DNA of 64,000 bases from Octopus sinensis. Taxonomy: Eukaryota. Shown here in pieces: positions 61,974 through 64,000 of this stretch; position 1 is the stretch's first letter, and every line of letters starts with the position of its first letter. The stretch is from NCBI RefSeq assembly GCF_006345805.1, contig NC_042997.1:211916001-211980000 (forward strand), written 5' to 3'. The notes below the pieces were generated by a model, which was given only the letters and a program-made list of their open reading frames with translations, was not told the origin of the DNA and ran no database searches. The position numbers and the translations under genes were made by a program.

Positions 61974-62499
61974 AAGTGGATGTTAAATGATAATGATAAT
62001 ACTAACTATAATAACAATGATAAATGCTTTGATACAGTACCATGCAGTGACTCGTGTGGCCTGCCATCTTAACTGATTGGAACATGTCTTGGTGTAAAAG
62101 ATGGGCTACAGCAAATATTCTGCTCAATACCGCAGATTTGCTTGTCAGTGACTTGACCCCTTAACTAGTGGAGCATGGTCCTTCATCATCATCATCATCA
62201 CTACCTTTTTCACTAAACCATATTTTGCAGAAGAGAAGACTCCTGTGTTTTCTCTGATGCCAGCCAAGAAATTGTTATTGTGGATTTCTTGCATCTTTCT
62301 CGTTATCACTTGCTTCATCTTACTCTCTAACTTATTCTTTCCTTTGTTTTGCAACTGGGGGCATCCATGTATCTACTCTACAACAAAACAACTCTCTCTC
62401 TCTACCCTCTGTACCTTTTATCTCTCAAATGGCACAAATTTGCATCCCTTCAATACCACCCCTCCCTCCCACTTGAGGGTTTTTTGTCTTACAAGGTAC

Positions 62500-62705
62500 T
62501 TGGTAACCCTGTTGGTGTTGGTGCCACATAAAAATGCACCCAGTTCACTCTGTAAAGTGGTTGGCATTAGGAAGGGCATCCAGCTGCAGAAACCATGCCA
62601 AATCAGACAAGGGAACCTGGTAAGGCCAGGTTCTTTGCCAGTTCCTGTTAAACCGTCAAATCCATGCCAGCATGGAAAACGGATGTTAAAGGATGATGAT
62701 GATGA
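62500..62705 (+). mobile_element. RTE 3' UTR fragment
   Basis: Tail CATGCCAGCATGGAAAACGGATGTTAAA..(GAT)n. Confidence 0.7.
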
Positions 62706-63360
62706 ATGGGGTGGTTGCAGACTGTTGTAGTTGTGTTCTGGTTGTTGGTCAGCTGACATAATGCAATCATGCAAATGTTTTACATGAATAAACTGCAAAC
62801 AAAGACAACAGTGTTGTGTAAACCAATGACACCCAGAGGATGGCCATTGTCTGTCGATTTCACTCAAAAACAGTAAGCATGAATACTCAACTGGTTTTCC
62901 CACCAATTTTGTCTGAAAACAGGCGTTTAAAGTGTACCACCAGTTGGGCTCTGTCTGATCATGTGAACAAGGCTTTTCTTCTTCTTAGAATCACATTTCC
63001 AAAATCAGGGGGCAGCACCTACCATGCCATTTAAATATGGCATTTCACAACACTGCTGTTACACCCAGTTCTGCCTGATCATGGTAGCCAGAAACAATGT
63101 TGCTTACCATTTCTTCCCCACCGAAATACCTTCCACGGTTTACGTCTTCTGCTTTCTTTCATGTCTTTGAGGATTTAAGCTGAGGACGACTCACAGTTTG
63201 GAGTCCAGTTGTTTTTATCAGTTGAAGCAACCGTAACACTATGAAGTCCAAACCAACCAGAAATGGGATTTGCCTTTCTCTATATCAATTGCCATTTAAT
63301 TGCTAATTGCTGATGCAAATGTTGCATGGTTTTTCCAGCCACACTTCTTTATATCCTATA

Positions 63361-63409
63361 AAGAGAGAGACAGAGAGAGAGAGAGAGCATAAGAGAGAGG
63401 TGGAGAGAG

Positions 63410-63476
<67 letters not shown>
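63361..63476. repeat. (GA)n microsatellite
   Basis: Read directly. Confidence 0.95.
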
Positions 63477-63478
<2 letters not shown>

Positions 63479-64000
63479 AACATGGGAGGTGCAGGATGTG
63501 TATTGTATAACTTTTTGAAAATACATATTTTTTTGTTTTTAATGAAATTTTCAGTGATAGGTTTTCAGTGGAGTAGATTGTAATTATGTTGATAAAAGTT
63601 TAGAAAAATCACAACATATATTCGTTGCAAATATACAAATGAGAAATTTGTTTCATTTAATTTTAAGATAATAAACATTTTTCTTTCGAAAATTAGTTTT
63701 CATTTCAATATTTTGCATAAATACCAAGAAATTTGAGAAAAATTATTAAATAATAATTATTGTTTGTATGGCATATTTCCTGAAATTGTCCATGGTGCCA
63801 AAACTGAACTTGCAGATTTACTTGTCTGTGCAAAATATCTGTGAGATTATATTTAGTAATGTTACATCAAAGGTGACATGCTCCAGTTGAAAGGTTGGCA
63901 GAGGAATCGTTCTGTGAGGAGAATCTCTGAACAAAAAATGCAATCCAGTTACATTTTGTTATCTGTGGCAGAAGACTTGTATTTGAAATTTTCTACACCT

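Overview
AT-rich, repeat-dense eukaryotic genomic DNA. The SINE/LINE/microsatellite mix points to a coleoid cephalopod, most likely Octopus (inference, no database search). One protein-coding gene can be assembled by hand on the minus strand from 8 exons with canonical AG/GT ends and matching phases: 37892-37788, 37193-37118, 34668-34533, 27263-27088, 13230-12985, 12125-11961, 7791-7538, 3905-3795. They total 1269 nt (422 aa + stop) and encode an astacin-family zinc metalloprotease: pro-segment, RFKR activation site, HELLHVLGLRH zinc motif, SIMHY Met-turn and one C-terminal MAM domain, with no TM tail. The signal-peptide exon(s) could not be fixed. Almost all other ORFs in the track are artefacts of simple repeats or decayed retroelements (RTE, CR1, Dong/R4-like, Penelope-like), two tRNA-type SINE families and several MITE families. 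The most interesting non-coding observations are a 1.57-kb fold-back palindrome whose junctions record a multi-step template switch, a SINE/CR1-LINE shared 3' stem-loop with compensatory substitutions, and degenerate minimal hammerhead-ribozyme motifs. I found no convincing wholly new biological system. TE coordinates are approximate unless a TSD/TIR is quoted.
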